A DNA stretch of 64,000 nucleotides, from NCBI GenBank assembly GCA_905207625.1, contig CAJLLT010000002.1, forward strand, positions 25,536-89,535, read 5' to 3'. Every line of letters starts with the position of its first letter. Position 1 is the first letter of the stretch. The notes under the pieces are model-generated. The model was not told the DNA's origin and searched no databases. It was given only the letters and a program-made list of their open reading frames with translations. Below, one piece after another: positions 58,081-64,000 of the stretch. The translations under genes and the position numbers were made by a program. Origin of the DNA: an uncultured Eubacteriales bacterium. GTDB lineage: Bacteria > Bacillota > Clostridia > Oscillospirales > UBA644.

Positions 58081-58941
58081 CTATGAAATCGTTTCTGCGA
58101 CTTTTTCCGCGTTGATCTTTGCCCGGCAGGGGTAAACACTGTCGGAAAGGATGACCTGACCGATCTCATCGGCGGTAATGCTCCCGGACAGGGGATTCTT
58201 CACGCTTTCGATACGGCCGTTCACCTGAGCCTCGACATCACTGTACTCAAAACTCAGATCCGCAGCCTCCATTGTGCAATCGATAAGCTTCAGCCCCCGG
58301 CAGTAGCAAAGCGGCTGGGTCCCGATTATCTTGCACCTTACAAGGGTAAGGCCTTTGGAGTACCACGCAAGATATTCTCCTTTTATTGTGCTGTCCGTAA
58401 CAGTGACATTTTCGGAGTGCCAGAAAGCGTCCTTGGTATCAAGTACCGAAAATGATATTTTAGCGTTTTTTACATACTGAAAAGAATATTTGCCGTGAAA
58501 ATCAAGATTATCCGCGGTGATGTTCCGACTCTCAAAAAAGGCGTACTCCCCCGTGACGGAAGTATCCTTTATGTCTACATGACGGTTTCTCCAGCCGAAT
58601 TCCGGAGAAACGACATCGCTGTTCGCGATAGAAACGCGGCTGCACTCCCGGAGAGCCTTTATCCCGTGCATTTTGCAGTCTTCTATCTTCACATCCGAAT
58701 CATACCACAGCGCGGCGCGGCATTTCTCTGTCATCTCACACTTTTCTATTTCAGCCCGGCGAACGTGCCAGAAAGGGTATCTCAGATCAAAAAAGCTGTC
58801 CCTGACCTTCAGCCGACGGCCCTCTTTCATTGCGGACTCCCCGTCCTCCTCGCCCTCAAAACGGCAATCCGAGATCTCCGCATCCTTTATATTGTAAAGC
58901 GCTCTTTCCTGTCCGAATCTCTGTCCCTGTATTACCTTCAT
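58081..58941 (-). CDS. DUF3737 family protein (beta-helix repeats)
   Basis: MKVIQGQRFGQERALYNIKDAEISDCRF... shows the repetitive D-x-x-I/V-x-D/N-C pattern. I took the start at ATG 58941. The track ORF extends to 58992. Confidence 0.7.
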   Translation of the reverse strand: MKVIQGQRFGQERALYNIKDAEISDCRFEGEEDGESAMKEGRRLKVRDSFFDLRYPFWHVRRAEIEKCEMTEKCRAALWYDSDVKIEDCKMHGIKALRECSRVSIANSDVVSPEFGWRNRHVDIKDTSVTGEYAFFESRNITADNLDFHGKYSFQYVKNAKISFSVLDTKDAFWHSENVTVTDSTIKGEYLAWYSKGLTLVRCKIIGTQPLCYCRGLKLIDCTMEAADLSFEYSDVEAQVNGRIESVKNPLSGSITADEIGQVILSDSVYPCRAKINAEKVAETIS

Positions 58942-59108
58942 AACCGTTCCGCCTCTCCGATAACATCTGTTTTTTACCTTATAATACATCAAAATAACCC
59001 TGTTGTCAACTTGACTTTTCGTACAAATTCCGTAAATTTTCCCGTCAAGGTTGTTTTGTCACACATTTTATGCTAAAATAAATCGACATAAAAATCCGGA
59101 GGTTTGCA

Positions 59109-59642
59109 ATGCCGCAGCAGACATTGAACATTATCGGTCAGATAGTAGGCCTCGCCGCTCTGGCGATGGTTATCTGCTCTTTTCAGCAGAATGACCGTAA
59201 AAAAATACTTTTTTTCCAGATTATCGCCACTTCACTCTTCACCGTGCATTTTCTCCTGCTGGGAGCCTACAGCGGAGCCGCAATGAACTTTGTCTGCGCC
59301 GTCCGCAGCGTCATTTTCTACGACAGATCAAAAAAATGGGTACAGTCTCCCCTTTGCCCCGCGGTCTTCGCCCTTGTTTCCGTCGCCCTGGGAGCCTTGA
59401 CCTGGGCCGGACCGGCGACGCTCCTTCCCATGATGGGAAATGTGCTTACCTCGCTCAGTTTCTGGGCAAAAGATCCGAAGAATATAAGAAGGTTCACCAT
59501 GTGCGCTTCTCCCCTGTGGATGATCTACAATATAATCATCAGGTCTTTCGCCGGCATTATGACGGAGGTCTTCGTTCTCTCATCGATATTCATTGCAATG
59601 ATCCGTTTCGATTTCGGGCACGGAAACAAACAGAAAAAGTAA
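59109..59642 (+). CDS. YgjV family inner membrane protein
   Basis: 177 aa with about 5 TM helices. The sequence IIGQIVGLAALAMVICSFQQNDRKKILFFQ is YgjV-like. Confidence 0.7.
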   Translation: MPQQTLNIIGQIVGLAALAMVICSFQQNDRKKILFFQIIATSLFTVHFLLLGAYSGAAMNFVCAVRSVIFYDRSKKWVQSPLCPAVFALVSVALGALTWAGPATLLPMMGNVLTSLSFWAKDPKNIRRFTMCASPLWMIYNIIIRSFAGIMTEVFVLSSIFIAMIRFDFGHGNKQKK

Positions 59643-59811
59643 ACTTTTTACCCCGGAAACAGTCTCTGCTTCCGGGGTTTTTGTCATATTCTGAAAATAA
59701 GTTGCATATACATTTAAGTGTGGTTCGGAAAATGGCAAATCGCACATATTGTCGCAGACTTGACACAGTATATTTGTGCAAATTGCATCTTGCAAATTGG
59801 CAAAAATATGA

Positions 59812-61826
<2,015 letters not shown>

Positions 61827-61850
61827 TCGCAAACTGACCTGACAGACAAA

Positions 61851-61885
61851 GGAGAGGGATATATCCCTCTCCTTTTTGCTTTTTC
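61851..61885 (+). terminator. intrinsic terminator after groEL
   Basis: GGAGAGGGATATATCCCTCTCC followed by TTTTTGCTTTTT. Confidence 0.85.
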
Positions 61886-62159
61886 CGTGCCCCGGGTATT
61901 CAGGACATCATATGCGGACGGATATTGCAAATGTCTGAAACACGCGCTCTTCATTGGCTTCCGCGGGCTTATCACACAACACAAAGACGCGGTACAGACC
62001 TCTTTTCAGGGAACTGCACTGTATCCGGCAAAGAAAAACACCTGTCGGAAATTCTCCGGTTTTTCTGCGGTGCCGCACTTATATGCGTACAGGTCAGACA
62101 GCGCTGACCGAATCCTTCCGCAGACTTTCCGTTTCCGGATAAAACGGAAAACAATAACG

Positions 62160-62322
62160 CAAAAGGACGGCTGTTCGCTGCAGCCGCCCTTTTGCGAAGG
62201 AAATACATTTCGGAGAATATTATAAGAGAGGAGTTTGTCTAAATAAACAAAAGAAATTACTTAATTTTGAAATTCATTATCTTTTGTGCCTATATTATAT
62301 CACGAATTTTCAATTTTGTCAA
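62160..62322 (-). ncRNA. candidate orphan small RNA (promoter + ~125-nt transcript + terminator)
   Basis: On the minus strand: TTGACA (plus 62317-62322), a 17-nt spacer, then TATAAT (plus 62294-62299). The AT-rich transcript contains ACUCCUCUC. The terminator GGCGGCTGcagcgaaCAGCCGTCC is followed by TTTTGCGTTATTGTTTT (stem at plus 62165-62188). The only ATG-initiated ORF I see is 6 codons long and has no SD. Confidence 0.45.
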
Positions 62323-62407
62323 TAGTTTTTTGTAAAAATTTTTCAGAGGCCGGAAATTGTTCCGCGTGCGGGTTATTTTCTGTTTCCGGATGAGTTTCCG
62401 GCACATT

Positions 62408-62455
62408 GTAAAAACAGACGGATCCTCCGCATGAAAACATACGGAGGATCTTTTC
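62408..62455. terminator. bidirectional intrinsic terminator downstream of proA
   Basis: A GATCCTCCG...CGGAGGATC stem. It is followed by TTTTC on the plus strand and by GTCTGTTTTTAC on the minus strand. Confidence 0.75.
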
Positions 62456-62507
62456 ATTTACTGTTGCAAAAACCGAAAGCAGGCGAAAAACCCGGTCCTG
62501 TCAGAGT

Positions 62508-63749
62508 TCAGCGGATCTGGCCATTCCCCACAACAATGTACTTGAAGGTTGTAAGCTCCTTCAGTCCCATAGGACCGCGTGCGTGCATTTTCTGCGTCGA
62601 AATGCCTATTTCCGCACCAAGCCCGAACTCAAACCCGTCGGTAAATCTTGTGGAAGCATTGACGTATACCGCGGCGGAATCTATACTACGGGTAAAAAGC
62701 TCCGCCCTGGCGAGATCGTTGGTCACGATACACTCACTGTGACCGGTACTGTGTTCATTTATATGAGCTATGGCCTCGTTGACATCCCTGACTACCTTAA
62801 CGGATATGATGTAATCAAGATATTCCCTGTAGTAATCCTCTTCCGTAGCGGGAACACAGTCAATAATGCTCCGGGTAATCTCACAACCCCTGATCTCCAC
62901 ATTTTTTTCATCGAGACGCATCTTGACATAAGGCAGGAAGACCTCCGCCACATTCTCATGAACAAGAAGGCTTTCCGCCGCGTTACAAACCGACGGACGG
63001 CTGGTTTTGGCGTTGTATACTATATTTGCCGCCATATCAAGGTCGCATCCGTCATCCACATATATATGGCAGTTTCCCGTACCGGTCTCTATAACGGGAA
63101 CGGTCGCATTTTCCACCACCGAACGGATAAGTCCGGCGCCTCCCCTGGGGATAAGCACGTCCACGTACCCGTTGAGTTTCATCAGCGCCGTCTCCGTCTG
63201 TCTGTCCGTATCTTCTATCAGCTGGATGCAGTCCGGATCAAGTCCGGCTTCCAGACAGGCTTTTCTCATTATCCCGGCAATGGCGATATTACTTCTTACC
63301 GCCTCTTTGCCTCCACGGAGGATCACCGCGTTGCCCGATTTCAGCGTCAGCGCCGCCGCATCGGCTGTAACATTCGGACGGGCTTCGTAAATTATGGCAA
63401 TAACCCCCAGAGGGACCCTTACCTTCCGGATCTGTAAACCGTTGGGACGGACACTCCCCTCTGTCACTTCCCCCACGGGATCGGGCAAAGCGGCAACCTG
63501 TCTTATTCCCTCCGCGATACCGGCAATACGGGCATCTGAAAGAGCGAGCCGGTCAAGCATTGTTTTTGCCAGTCCTCCTGCTTCAGCCGCCGCAAGGTCC
63601 TCCCGGTTTGCCTTAATTATTTCATCAGCGTTTTCCGTAAGAGCCTCCGCTATCTTCAGCAGGGCCTCATTTTTTTTCAGGGAAGACGTCACCGCAAGGG
63701 ACGCCGCCGCTTTTCTGGCGGCTTTACCCATGACCGTAAGATCTGTCAT
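62508..63749 (-). CDS. proA: glutamate-5-semialdehyde dehydrogenase
   Basis: 413 aa with IAIIYEARPNVT, NAKTSRPSVCNAAESLLVH and NASTRFTDGFEFGLGAEIGIST. Confidence 0.95.
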   Translation of the reverse strand: MTDLTVMGKAARKAAASLAVTSSLKKNEALLKIAEALTENADEIIKANREDLAAAEAGGLAKTMLDRLALSDARIAGIAEGIRQVAALPDPVGEVTEGSVRPNGLQIRKVRVPLGVIAIIYEARPNVTADAAALTLKSGNAVILRGGKEAVRSNIAIAGIMRKACLEAGLDPDCIQLIEDTDRQTETALMKLNGYVDVLIPRGGAGLIRSVVENATVPVIETGTGNCHIYVDDGCDLDMAANIVYNAKTSRPSVCNAAESLLVHENVAEVFLPYVKMRLDEKNVEIRGCEITRSIIDCVPATEEDYYREYLDYIISVKVVRDVNEAIAHINEHSTGHSECIVTNDLARAELFTRSIDSAAVYVNASTRFTDGFEFGLGAEIGISTQKMHARGPMGLKELTTFKYIVVGNGQIR

Positions 63750-64000
63750 ACCTTCTGTCCTTCCGCAGTTCTGTGACGGTGGGGAACAGTGAATTTTGTT
63801 CCCACCTCTTTGTTTTCTATCACGTCAAAAATGATTCTCGGATCATGACCGCAAACTATATGCATCTGGGTACCGGATCCGGTAGCGATTTCTGCAGCTC
63901 TGATCTTTGTGATCATGCCTCCGGTTCCCTTGTTTGATATTGTATCCCCCGCAAGAGCCCGTACGTCATCCGTTATCTTCTCTACTACCCTTATGGGCTT
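63746..64000 (-). CDS. proB: glutamate 5-kinase, C-terminal part (gene continues beyond the right edge)
   Basis: My own translation gives ...GTGGMITKIRAAEIATGSGTQMHIVCGHDPRIIFDVIENKEVGTKFTVPHRHRTAEGQKV*. The stop overlaps the proA ATG (ATGA). Confidence 0.85.
   Translation of the reverse strand, partial: KPIRVVEKITDDVRALAGDTISNKGTGGMITKIRAAEIATGSGTQMHIVCGHDPRIIFDVIENKEVGTKFTVPHRHRTAEGQKV

Overview
This 64 kb chromosomal segment looks like a spore-forming Clostridia-type Firmicute. The taxon call rests on ypeB, mini-RNase III, CIRCE-groESL, an SRP RNA-dnaX-ybaB-recR cluster and an yhbY-nadD-yqeK-rsfS-leuS cluster. GC is about 50% by eye. Gene calls come from reading the supplied translations against remembered family motifs; I ran no searches.

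About 90% of the window is densely packed housekeeping:
- Translation: prfA, rplU-rpmA, obg, an EF-G paralogue, rplJ-rplL, leuS, rsfS, rpmB.
- Replication and segregation: dnaX, recR, smc, ftsY, recD2.
- Amino-acid biosynthesis: argG...argH, and proBA at the right edge.
- Chaperones: groESL.

I could read these RNA and regulatory elements directly:
- tRNA-Gln(CUG)
- an FMN riboswitch upstream of ribU
- a lysine riboswitch upstream of an amino-acid ABC transporter
- a short 4.5S-type SRP RNA
- an L10 leader
- a perfect CIRCE operator
- two ARG boxes upstream of argG
- many sigma-A-type promoters and intrinsic terminators

The only clearly accessory stretch is about 1.9-6.3 kb, next to tRNA-Gln. 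It holds an ArdA-like acidic protein and an adjacent acidic protein, both ending in ...MGGM. It also holds a Cys-rich mini-protein and an AT-rich block with a lipoprotein and small membrane protein(s). Between these genes and the tRNA are stacked terminators, a tRNA-like 3' fragment and a perfect 19-bp palindrome. There is no integrase, relaxase or transfer gene, so I read it as a decayed integrative or conjugative element remnant. It may retain an anti-restriction-type module.

I found no CRISPR array, restriction-modification system, toxin-antitoxin pair or other recognisable defence system, and I cannot claim a novel system.

The leads most worth a second look:
- the tRNA-Gln island
- an orphan promoter-plus-terminator unit (candidate sRNA, about 62160-62290, minus strand)
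- a structured terminator-containing leader upstream of an rsuA-like gene
- the conserved ACT/UPF0210 pair plus trmO embedded in an ArgR-boxed argG...argH operon
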